Positions 54,497 to 62,862 of a stretch of 64,000 nt of DNA are shown one piece after another. Position numbers and translations under genes: made by a program. This DNA comes from an uncultured Parcubacteria group bacterium. Lineage in GTDB: Bacteria > Patescibacteriota > Patescibacteriia > UBA9934 > CAMTUG01. The stretch lies in contig CAMTUG010000001.1 of the NCBI GenBank assembly GCA_947084965.1, positions 1,375-65,374 on the forward strand, read 5' to 3'. The notes below the pieces were generated by a model. It searched no databases. It was not told the origin of the DNA and saw nothing but the letters and a program-made list of their open reading frames with translations. Each line of letters starts with the position of its first letter. Position 1 is the stretch's first letter.

Positions 54497-54711
54497 AAGG
54501 CGATGACGCTGATGTCACAGCTGAGCCGGAAGAAGAGCCCTCTCGCAAAGGGTCGTAGACCTTCCCGGGTGCGCCCGTCAACGCGCTTCGCCCCTGTGGC
54601 GACTAAGGTTCGGTCGGGAACGATCGAATGAAGTAAGGTGGTAACGCGGAATTTTCCGCCCTTACAAACGCATCAGATTTGCTGATGGTTTGTAGGGGTG
54701 TTTTCATTTTT
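54497..54711 (+). promoter_or_regulatory. T-box riboswitch (Val specifier GUC, ultrashort Stem I)
   Basis: K-turn-like GCGATGA/TGAGC, stem GCTG-ATGTCA-CAGC, antiterminator TAAGG-TGGTAAC-GCGGAA..TTCCGC-CCTTA, and a competing terminator CCCTTACAAAC...GTTTGTAGGGG followed by a T-tract. Confidence 0.88.
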
Positions 54712-57318
54712 ATGGCTAAACAAGAGATCTCTAAAGCGTACGATCCCAAGCTCCACGAAGACGGCACCTATGCCGCCTGGGAAGCGAGCGGGTTTTTTAA
54801 TCCAGACAACTTGCCGGGGGAGCGTAAGGAGACGTTCTCGATCGTCTTGCCCCCACCAAACGTGACCGGCACGCTGCACATGGGGCACGCCGTGATGCTT
54901 GCGATCGAAGACATCATGGTCCGCTTTGCGCGGATGCAAGGGAAGAAAGCGCTTTGGTTACCAGGCACGGATCACGCCGCGATCGCCACCTCAACCAAAG
55001 TCGAGGGGATCATTTTTAAAGAAGAGAAGAAGACGCGCCATGATTTGGGACGCGAAGAGTTTTTGCGTCGCGTTGAAAAATTCGCCCAGGATTCGCATGA
55101 CACGATTGTGGGTCAGTGCCGCAAGATGGGCGCTTCGCTTGATTGGTCGCGCGAGGCATACACGCTCGACGCTGCTCGCAATCGTGCGGTGAACACAGCA
55201 TTTAAAAAGATGTACGACGATGGGTTGATTTATCGCGGTCACCGCGTGGTGAATTGGGATCCTATCGGCCAGACAACGATCAGTGATATTGAGATTGTTT
55301 ATAAAGAAGTCGAGGCGACACTTTACACCTTCAAGTACAGCAAAGATTTTCCGATCGCTGTTTCTTCAACGCGACCAGAGACGAAGGTGGGGGATACGGC
55401 TGTGGCGGTGCATCCTTCTGACGAACGCTACGCGCATCTTGTTGGCAAGACGTTTGAGAATATCCCGTTTGCTGGATCTACGATTACTATTACGATCGTA
55501 GCCGACGAGTCCGTTGATCCGAAGTTTGGTACAGGTGCCCTTGGGGTCACGCCGGCCCACAGCTTGATCGATGCCGACATCGCCACCCGCCATAAACTCG
55601 CTATGCGTCAGGTGATCGGTGAAGACGGCAGGATGACAGCCGAAGCCGGGTCACTTGTTGTTGGAATGACGGTGAACGAAGCGCGTGCTGCGGTTGTTGC
55701 CTGGCTCAATGAACAAGGGTTGATCGAAGGCGAAGAAAAGACGATGCAGAACTTGGCGACGGCTGAACGTTCGGGCGGGGTGATCGAACCGATCCCCATG
55801 CTCCAGTGGTTTATTGACGTTAATAAGCCGTTTGGACGCGGAACGATTAAATCGTTGACGCAGGACGCGGTGCGATCAGGAAAGATCAACATCATCCCAG
55901 AGCGGTTTGCGAAGTCGTACTTTGACTGGGCAGACAACTTGCGTGACTGGTGCATTAGCCGCCAGCTTTGGTACGGGCACCGCATTCCGGCGTGGTATCG
56001 CGGGGAAGAAGTTTTTGTTGGTACAGAAGCGCCAACAGGAGAAGGATGGACTCAAGACCCCGACACCCTCGACACCTGGTTCTCGGCAGGGATGTGGACG
56101 TTTACCACGCTCGGGTGGCCAGACGAAACGGCTGACCTGAAGACGTATCACCCAACCACGATCCTCGAAACGGGGTATGACATTTTGACGTTCTGGGTGG
56201 TACGTATGGTGATGATGACCACCTACCTCATGAACGAGGTGCCGTTCAAAACGGTCTACCTCCACGGCTTGGTGCGTGATGAGAAGGGGAGAAAGATGAG
56301 TAAGTCGCTCGACAACATCATCAATCCGCTCGACATGATTGAAAAGTACGGCGCGGACGCCACGCGTCTATCTTTGGTGATCGGCTCAACTCCTGGCAAC
56401 GACTCGAAGTTGTCGGAAGAAAAGATCGCTGGCTATCGCAACTTTACCAACAAGCTCTGGAACATTTCGCGCTTTGTGTTGTCGAGTGTGGGGACGCTGG
56501 ATGACCGTCCAGGGGAGTCGGTGACCCTTGCTGACCGCTGGATCCTCGGCCGATTGTCCGAAGTGACGGCCAAAGTCACTGGGCACCTTGAACGTCACGA
56601 AATCTCGATCGCCGGAGAAACATTGCGCGATTTCACTTGGAATGATTTTGCGGACTGGTATCTCGAAATCGCCAAGATGCAGAAGTCTGAAAACACGGAT
56701 CGTATTTTGGTGCATGTGCTTACCAACGTTCTTAAGCTCTGGCATCCGTTCATGCCGTTTGTGACCGAAGCGATCTGGAAAGAGATGGGTAAGAGTGAGT
56801 TCTTGATGATCTCAGAATGGCCAATATCTGGAGCCGTGTCTGATGAGAACACAGCAAAGAGTTTCGTCTTGATGCAGGAGGTGATCGCTTCCATTCGTAA
56901 TCTCCGTGCTGAATACCAAGTGGAGCCAGCGAAGATGATCAGTGTCGTTCTGGCCGACGCGGGTATGCACGCAGTTCTTGAGTCGCAAGCCGAGGTGATT
57001 AAACATCTCGCGCGTGTGGACTCACTGACCATTCAATCCAAAGCCGAAGCTCCGGAAGGATCAGTCTCGGCCGTTTGTGGAACGACGCAAATCTTCGTTC
57101 CACTCTCAGGGCTCGTTGATCCGGTGAAAGAAAAGGTACGACTCACCAAAGAACTTGATGAAGCGAAAGCGTACGCTACCTCGCTCGAAGGGAAGCTTGG
57201 TAATCAGGAGTTTGTCGGCAAGGCACCGGCGCAGGTCGTTGATAAGATGAAACAGAACTTGGCCGAAGCGGTCGATCGGGTTAAGGCGATCCAAACGCAG
57301 CTCTCGGCGCTGTCGTGA
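54712..57318 (+). CDS. valS: Valine--tRNA ligase
   Basis: Motifs PPPNVTGTLHMGHA, PGTDHA, TRPET, DWCISRQLWYGH and KMSKS, with a C-terminal coiled coil. Confidence 0.97.
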   Translation: MAKQEISKAYDPKLHEDGTYAAWEASGFFNPDNLPGERKETFSIVLPPPNVTGTLHMGHAVMLAIEDIMVRFARMQGKKALWLPGTDHAAIATSTKVEGIIFKEEKKTRHDLGREEFLRRVEKFAQDSHDTIVGQCRKMGASLDWSREAYTLDAARNRAVNTAFKKMYDDGLIYRGHRVVNWDPIGQTTISDIEIVYKEVEATLYTFKYSKDFPIAVSSTRPETKVGDTAVAVHPSDERYAHLVGKTFENIPFAGSTITITIVADESVDPKFGTGALGVTPAHSLIDADIATRHKLAMRQVIGEDGRMTAEAGSLVVGMTVNEARAAVVAWLNEQGLIEGEEKTMQNLATAERSGGVIEPIPMLQWFIDVNKPFGRGTIKSLTQDAVRSGKINIIPERFAKSYFDWADNLRDWCISRQLWYGHRIPAWYRGEEVFVGTEAPTGEGWTQDPDTLDTWFSAGMWTFTTLGWPDETADLKTYHPTTILETGYDILTFWVVRMVMMTTYLMNEVPFKTVYLHGLVRDEKGRKMSKSLDNIINPLDMIEKYGADATRLSLVIGSTPGNDSKLSEEKIAGYRNFTNKLWNISRFVLSSVGTLDDRPGESVTLADRWILGRLSEVTAKVTGHLERHEISIAGETLRDFTWNDFADWYLEIAKMQKSENTDRILVHVLTNVLKLWHPFMPFVTEAIWKEMGKSEFLMISEWPISGAVSDENTAKSFVLMQEVIASIRNLRAEYQVEPAKMISVVLADAGMHAVLESQAEVIKHLARVDSLTIQSKAEAPEGSVSAVCGTTQIFVPLSGLVDPVKEKVRLTKELDEAKAYATSLEGKLGNQEFVGKAPAQVVDKMKQNLAEAVDRVKAIQTQLSALS

Positions 57319-57333
57319 TACAATGAAAGCATT

Positions 57334-58521
57334 ATGGGTAAAGTTACTATTGATCCAAAAGCGATTGACGAGGTCCTTTCACGTGGTGTGGACGAGGTCA
57401 TCGTCAAGAAAGAATTGCGTGACCGTATGCTCTCCGGTGAAGTGTTGCGCGTGAAGCTCGGGATCGATCCGACGAGCCCGAATTTGCATTTGGGTCGTTC
57501 GGTCCCGCTTCTTAAGTTGCGTGACTTCCAGAACCTTGGTCACAAGGTCGTCTTCATTGTCGGTGATTTTACTGGAGTCATCGGCGACACTTCGGACAAA
57601 GATTCTGAACGCCCGATGCTTGAACAAAAGACAGTCAAAGAAAATCTGAAAAAGTACGTGGAACAGGCGGCCAAAATTCTGGACATTAAGAAAGCAGAGA
57701 TTCACTTTAACTCTGAGTGGCTGAAGAAATTGAATTACGTTGATGTGGCTGAGCAGGCGAACATCTTTTCGCTCGCTGAGTTTATTGCCCGTGATAATAT
57801 TCGCCGACGATTAGATGCAGGGACGCGTGTGTCGCTGCGCGAAGTGCTTTACCCATTGATGCAGGGATATGACTCGGTGGCGATCAAAGCAGACGTCGAG
57901 CTCGGCGGCACGGATCAGCGCTTCAACTTGTTGGCTGGACGTGAAATGCAACCACACTTTAAACAGAAACCGCAGAACATCATCATGAATCCGCTCGTCG
58001 AAGGAACAGACGGTCGTAAGATGAGCTCGAGCTGGGGGAACACAATCAATTTTTCCGACGAACCAAACGACATGTTTGGAAAGGTGATGTCGGCGTCGGA
58101 CGCATTGATCATCAAGTATTTCACCTTTTTCACACGCGTGCCGATGGCACAGATTGTGGAGATGGAAACGGCGATGCGGAACGGAACGAATCCGAAGGAG
58201 ATCAAAATGCGCTTGGGTCGTGAGATCGTCCGTATGTACCACTCCGTAGAGGATGCGGACAAGGCGGTCGAGTCGTTTGACCGGATGTTCAAGGAACACG
58301 CGGCGCCAGAGGAGATGCCGGAATTCAAAATCAGTGGAGCGATGTCGATCATCGATGTGCTCGTCGGTGCTGGGCTCAACAAATCCAAGACCGAAGCACG
58401 GGCGGTGATTCATGAAGGGGGCGTCAAAATCGACGGGGTGGTGATCAATGATTTCAACATAACCGTGAAAAAAGGTTCGGTGATTCAAAAAGGGAAGCGG
58501 CATTTTATTCGATTAGTTTAA
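57334..58521 (+). CDS. tyrS: Tyrosine--tRNA ligase
   Basis: Motifs GIDPT..LHLG, YPLMQGYD, GGTDQRFN and KMSSS, plus an S4 domain. Confidence 0.96.
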   Translation: MGKVTIDPKAIDEVLSRGVDEVIVKKELRDRMLSGEVLRVKLGIDPTSPNLHLGRSVPLLKLRDFQNLGHKVVFIVGDFTGVIGDTSDKDSERPMLEQKTVKENLKKYVEQAAKILDIKKAEIHFNSEWLKKLNYVDVAEQANIFSLAEFIARDNIRRRLDAGTRVSLREVLYPLMQGYDSVAIKADVELGGTDQRFNLLAGREMQPHFKQKPQNIIMNPLVEGTDGRKMSSSWGNTINFSDEPNDMFGKVMSASDALIIKYFTFFTRVPMAQIVEMETAMRNGTNPKEIKMRLGREIVRMYHSVEDADKAVESFDRMFKEHAAPEEMPEFKISGAMSIIDVLVGAGLNKSKTEARAVIHEGGVKIDGVVINDFNITVKKGSVIQKGKRHFIRLV

Positions 58522-58586
58522 GGGGTTTCTATCTTCGTTTTCCGATTACTTCGTATTTCGACATTCGGATTTCGAATTCAAACACT

Positions 58587-60299
58587 ATGGCAGTGATGCA
58601 AAACGCCAGACAAGAAGTGATCAAAGCGCTTAAGGCGGCGGTGGGGAAAGGATTTTCCTCGACCTCCCAAGAGCTCGAAACGCCGCGCGATCCGTCGCAT
58701 GGGGATCTTTCCTATCCCTGTTTTGCCTTGGCCAAAGGGCTGAAGCGCAATCCGGTCGAGGTCGCCGCAGAGATCGCCCCAAAGATCGCCCACAAAGGAT
58801 TGATCAGCCGTGTGGAGACCAAAGGCCCGTACATCAACATCTATCTGAACACCGCCAAGCTTGCGGAACAGATTTTTCTTGAAACGGAATCAGAAGAGTA
58901 CGGCGCGAGTGATGCGGGTCATGGAAAAAAGATTCTTGTTGAGTACTTTCAGCCGAACACCCACAAAGAAGTGCATGTCGGTCATTTGCGCACGGCGCTC
59001 GTCGGACAGGGGGTGGTCAACGTGGAGCGGGCCAACGGAACCGAGGTGGTGCCGGTTAGTTACATCAACGATCTCGGCATTCACGTGGCGAAGTGTTTGT
59101 GGGCGATCCAAAAGTTTCATCCAGATGAAGAGCCGACAAAGGAAGAGCGCAATGCCTTTCTTGGCAAGGTGTATACCGAGGCCACGGTTTGGCTTGAAGA
59201 GCATCCGGAAGACAAGTTGGAAGTGACCAAGATTTTCCAAAGTTTGGAGGATGGTCATCGTGGATGGCTCGGGTTGTGGAAGAAGACGAAGCGGTGGTCG
59301 ATGGATGTGATTCAAGATGTGGCCGCTGAACTCGATCTGACGATCGACCAGTGGTATTTCGAAAGCGATGTTGTTGATCGGGCTGACCGCATCGTTCAGG
59401 ATTTGCTCGAAAAGAAGATCGCCGAAGTGAGCGAGGGGGCAACGATCGTTGACCTACAGGACGAGAAGCTCGGGGCCAATCTGCTCAAGCGCACGGACGG
59501 GACGATGCTCTATAATGCCAAAGATCTTGCCTTGGCTTTGAAAAAGGATGAACAGCACGCCCCAGACCTTTCGCTCTACGTGATCGACGTGCGTCAGTCA
59601 CTCGCCATGCAACAGCTTTTTGCCACGCTCAAGCGGATGGGGTTCAAAAAGCGTTTGGAGCATGTTTCTTACGAAATCATTACCTTGCCGGAAGGGGCGA
59701 TGTCTTCGCGTAAGGGGACGATCATCAAATACGAAACGCTCCGCGATGAGCTGATTCGCATTTCGACCGAAGAGACGAAGAAGCGTCATCCAGAATGGAA
59801 AGAAAAGAAAGTGATTTCGACCGCCCGCGCCCTAGCTTTTGCTGCACTCAAGTTTTCGATCCTTGCACACGACTTAGACAAGGTGATCGTTTTTGATTTT
59901 AAGAAGGCTCTTTCCTTCGACGGGTTCACGGGGCCGTACTGCTTGTACACTTTGGCCCGGATCGAGTCGATCTTCCGCAAAGGAAAAGCACAGATCGCCA
60001 CAGCAACGGGGAAGGGAAGCGGATCGCTGACGCACCCGTCCGAAGCGGCACTTGTTCGCAAGATCGCTGAATTGCCAGACGTGGTGTATCGGGTCGGACA
60101 AACGTATCAGATTTCTGCGGTGGCTAATTATGCGTTTGACTTGGCTAAGCAGTTCAGCGAGTTTTACCACAACTGTCCGGTGCTCCAGGCCGAATCATCG
60201 GCAATGATGGAATCACGTCTGGCGCTCTGTCGTGCTACGAGCCGAGCTCTTAAAAATGCTCTGGCCCTTTTAAACATCGATCCCGTTAACGAGATGTAG
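58587..60299 (+). CDS. argS: Arginine--tRNA ligase
   Basis: Motifs GPYIN, EYFQPNTHK..HVGHLR, YINDLG, MSSRKG and GPYCLY, ending in M. Confidence 0.95.
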   Translation: MAVMQNARQEVIKALKAAVGKGFSSTSQELETPRDPSHGDLSYPCFALAKGLKRNPVEVAAEIAPKIAHKGLISRVETKGPYINIYLNTAKLAEQIFLETESEEYGASDAGHGKKILVEYFQPNTHKEVHVGHLRTALVGQGVVNVERANGTEVVPVSYINDLGIHVAKCLWAIQKFHPDEEPTKEERNAFLGKVYTEATVWLEEHPEDKLEVTKIFQSLEDGHRGWLGLWKKTKRWSMDVIQDVAAELDLTIDQWYFESDVVDRADRIVQDLLEKKIAEVSEGATIVDLQDEKLGANLLKRTDGTMLYNAKDLALALKKDEQHAPDLSLYVIDVRQSLAMQQLFATLKRMGFKKRLEHVSYEIITLPEGAMSSRKGTIIKYETLRDELIRISTEETKKRHPEWKEKKVISTARALAFAALKFSILAHDLDKVIVFDFKKALSFDGFTGPYCLYTLARIESIFRKGKAQIATATGKGSGSLTHPSEAALVRKIAELPDVVYRVGQTYQISAVANYAFDLAKQFSEFYHNCPVLQAESSAMMESRLALCRATSRALKNALALLNIDPVNEM

Positions 60300-60364
60300 G
60301 GGCCAGCCCTTGTCCGTGGCTCTCCCTTTGGGATAGGATGAGTTTGCCCACGACAGGAGTCTCC

Positions 60365-61141
60365 ATGCCGATCAATACGGATCCGTCGACCGTGGTCGAC
60401 GCCAAGGATTTCTCGCACGTCGGGGCGTATCTCGACGAGTACTACGATGCCCTGACGCCAGAGAACCTGGACGTTGGGCTCTTCCTCCGGCGCGCCTGCG
60501 AGGGTGCCTCGGCCGCCGGACGGGTAGGGTCTGCGTTGCTCGACGCGGGGTGTGGGCCGACGATGCTCTACTGGACCGCCTTCCTTCAGGGGTTCGTGGA
60601 GCTTCACGGTTTCGACGCCCGCGAAGAGAACATCCGGTACCTGCATGGCCTGATCGACGATGCTGCTGTTGGTCGGATCCAGCCGAGGTACCTCGATCTC
60701 TACGGTTTCGCGGCCGCTCGCGCCGTGCCACCGATCACGCCGGTCGAGTTCTTCGCTGAGTTGGCCGGCAAGGTCCGCGGACTCACGAGTCACGACATGA
60801 ACGACCCCTGGCCGTACCCGGACGCTTCGTTCGCTGTGGTCACTTCCGTCTTCGGGATGGAGTGTCTCCCGAGTAGGGAACGGATGCGGTTCGCCATGGG
60901 GGAAGCACGGCGCCTGCTCCAGCCCGGTGGTCGCCTGGTCCTCGTGACCATTGCCGAAACCGATCGGTGGAAGTGTGGCGAGGTCATCGGTCGCTGTCTC
61001 AGCATCAATCGCACGATGATGCTCGAAGATCTGGCCCTCGCCGGCTTCCGTGCGGCCCGCGTGACTGAACATCGCGCCACGACTGCCGTCCTCCGCAACC
61101 AGGGCTACAACAAGATGCTCTTCGCCCACGCCGAACCGTGA
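60365..61141 (+). CDS. SAM-dependent methyltransferase, NNMT/PNMT/TEMT-like
   Basis: AYLDEYY, LLDAGCGPT and LLQPGGRLVL. It is GC-rich, with SD AGGAG before the ATG at 60365. Confidence 0.75.
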   Translation: MPINTDPSTVVDAKDFSHVGAYLDEYYDALTPENLDVGLFLRRACEGASAAGRVGSALLDAGCGPTMLYWTAFLQGFVELHGFDAREENIRYLHGLIDDAAVGRIQPRYLDLYGFAAARAVPPITPVEFFAELAGKVRGLTSHDMNDPWPYPDASFAVVTSVFGMECLPSRERMRFAMGEARRLLQPGGRLVLVTIAETDRWKCGEVIGRCLSINRTMMLEDLALAGFRAARVTEHRATTAVLRNQGYNKMLFAHAEP

Positions 61142-61149
61142 GGTTTTCT

Positions 61150-61734
61150 ATGTCCATTCCTCTCATCGCCAGCTTGGCGACCCTCCTGCTCGTGATCGCC
61201 TCGGACATCACCTACGTCCGAGGCATCTTTCTTGGTCAAACGAAACCGAGCCGTAGTTCCTATTGGGTCTGGACGCTCGTGCAGGCGATGACGGTCGTGA
61301 GTTTTGGATTTTCCGGTGGATCTCTTGGGGTCACGTTGAACGCTGCTTACGCGTTCGGCTTTCTGTTATACGCCTTCCTCTCCCTCAAATACGGAGAAGG
61401 AACATGGGGCCGAATCGACACGATCTGCCTCAGCCTGGCCCTTGTCGCTGGACTGGCTTGGTACCTGACTCGCTCGAGTGAGATCGCTGTCTACATTCTC
61501 CTTGCCGCCGACGTTATCGGGGCGATTCCGACACTGATCAAGTCCTGGCATCGTCCAGAGAATGAAGATCTGTGGGCTTGGATTCTGAGCACCGTTGCCT
61601 CGTTCACCAATATTTTTGCGATCACGGGTTTTGACTTTGCCTCCTGGGATCTCGTCTTCTTTTTTCATGCCCTCACCTACATCGCGATCAACGGTTTGAT
61701 CGCCGCCGCGATTTGGTTACGTTTACGCGCATAA
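61150..61734 (+). CDS. Multi-pass membrane protein
   Basis: About 7 TM segments, with Y...I..GQTKP and PTLIKSW..PE.E repeats. Confidence 0.75.
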   Translation: MSIPLIASLATLLLVIASDITYVRGIFLGQTKPSRSSYWVWTLVQAMTVVSFGFSGGSLGVTLNAAYAFGFLLYAFLSLKYGEGTWGRIDTICLSLALVAGLAWYLTRSSEIAVYILLAADVIGAIPTLIKSWHRPENEDLWAWILSTVASFTNIFAITGFDFASWDLVFFFHALTYIAINGLIAAAIWLRLRA

Positions 61735-61759
61735 TTGTGCTATAATCGAAGCACTTCCT

Positions 61760-62578
61760 ATGTCTATCTTTTCTTTTCTTCGTGCGCGTTCTTCTAAAAT
61801 TTTTCTTCTGACGTTCGTCGTGATGACGATGTGGTGGGTGTGGCTGATGCTCGGTGGATTTCAAGAACAGACAGTGAACTACTATTACGGACTCGTGTTT
61901 GTGACGATCCCGATCGTGGGCGGGGCGTTTGGCTTGTATCGCGCATGGCGATGGGGCTGGATGAGGAGTCAGATGGGTCGGGCGATCATGTGCTTTTCGA
62001 TCGGACTGATTTCTTGGGGCGTCGGCGGCTGGATGTACTCGTACTACAATTTTTTTCTTGCCGTAGAAGCACCGTACCCGTCGATCGCTGATTTTATTTA
62101 TCTCTCCAGCTACCTCTTCTGGGCCGTTGGTTTACTTTATCTCTCCCGCGTGATCGGCGTGAAGCAGGCGCTCAAAAAAGCGAGCGGAAAAGTCCTGTTT
62201 TATGTGGTCCCGGTCCTTGCCTGTCTGATCTCCTATTACATTTTGATTATCGTTGCCCGTGGCGGATACCTCGATCTGACCGGTGATGTCTGGAAAATCT
62301 TTGTGGACATGGCCTATCCAGGCGGTGACATTGTCATGATTACCTTGACCGTTCTGTTGTTCACCCTTTCTCGCAAGTCTCTCGGCGGTCGGTACAAAGT
62401 GCCGGTTCTTATCCTTCTGGCTGGGTTTCTTCTGAATTACTTTGCAGATTTCGCCTTTGCTTGGCAAACAACACTCGGTGTTTGGTACGTGGGCAACTGG
62501 GTGGATTTTCTCTACACCGCTTCGATGACCACTCTGGTCCTGGGGATCACCGCCCTTGATCCGGATTATCTTGAATAA
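61760..62578 (+). CDS. Multi-TM sensor-like membrane protein
   Basis: APYPSIAD.FYL, AYPGGD and FAD..F, which resemble membrane sensor modules of kinases/cyclases. TGcTATAAT lies upstream. Confidence 0.75.
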   Translation: MSIFSFLRARSSKIFLLTFVVMTMWWVWLMLGGFQEQTVNYYYGLVFVTIPIVGGAFGLYRAWRWGWMRSQMGRAIMCFSIGLISWGVGGWMYSYYNFFLAVEAPYPSIADFIYLSSYLFWAVGLLYLSRVIGVKQALKKASGKVLFYVVPVLACLISYYILIIVARGGYLDLTGDVWKIFVDMAYPGGDIVMITLTVLLFTLSRKSLGGRYKVPVLILLAGFLLNYFADFAFAWQTTLGVWYVGNWVDFLYTASMTTLVLGITALDPDYLE

Positions 62579-62581
62579 TCT

Positions 62582-62860
62582 ATGCCCGTTAAAAAAGAGG
62601 AACTCGTGCTACGCATCGTGCGCGAACAGGAGCTCGTCATCGGGCCTCTGGCTTGGCGCGAAGCCAAGAAAGTTTCTGGACTCCAGGTGGGGGAGGACGG
62701 GCAGGTCAAAGTGAGTGGATCTTTCAAAATAGTTTTGCAGGCCCTTGTCCAACGCTATGAAGGGTTATTTGGTCCAGCGTCCGTCGACGTCTGTCGTGAA
62801 GCGGTTAAAGGGTTGCTACCAGACGTTCCGAAAGAGGATGTCCCTGACGTTCTTCGTTAA
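62582..62860 (+). CDS. 92-aa hypothetical protein in signalling cluster
   Basis: IVREQELVIGPLAW...LVQRYEGLFG.ASVDVC. It is tightly packed between the membrane protein and the kinase. Confidence 0.75.
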   Translation: MPVKKEELVLRIVREQELVIGPLAWREAKKVSGLQVGEDGQVKVSGSFKIVLQALVQRYEGLFGPASVDVCREAVKGLLPDVPKEDVPDVLR

Positions 62861-62862
62861 GT

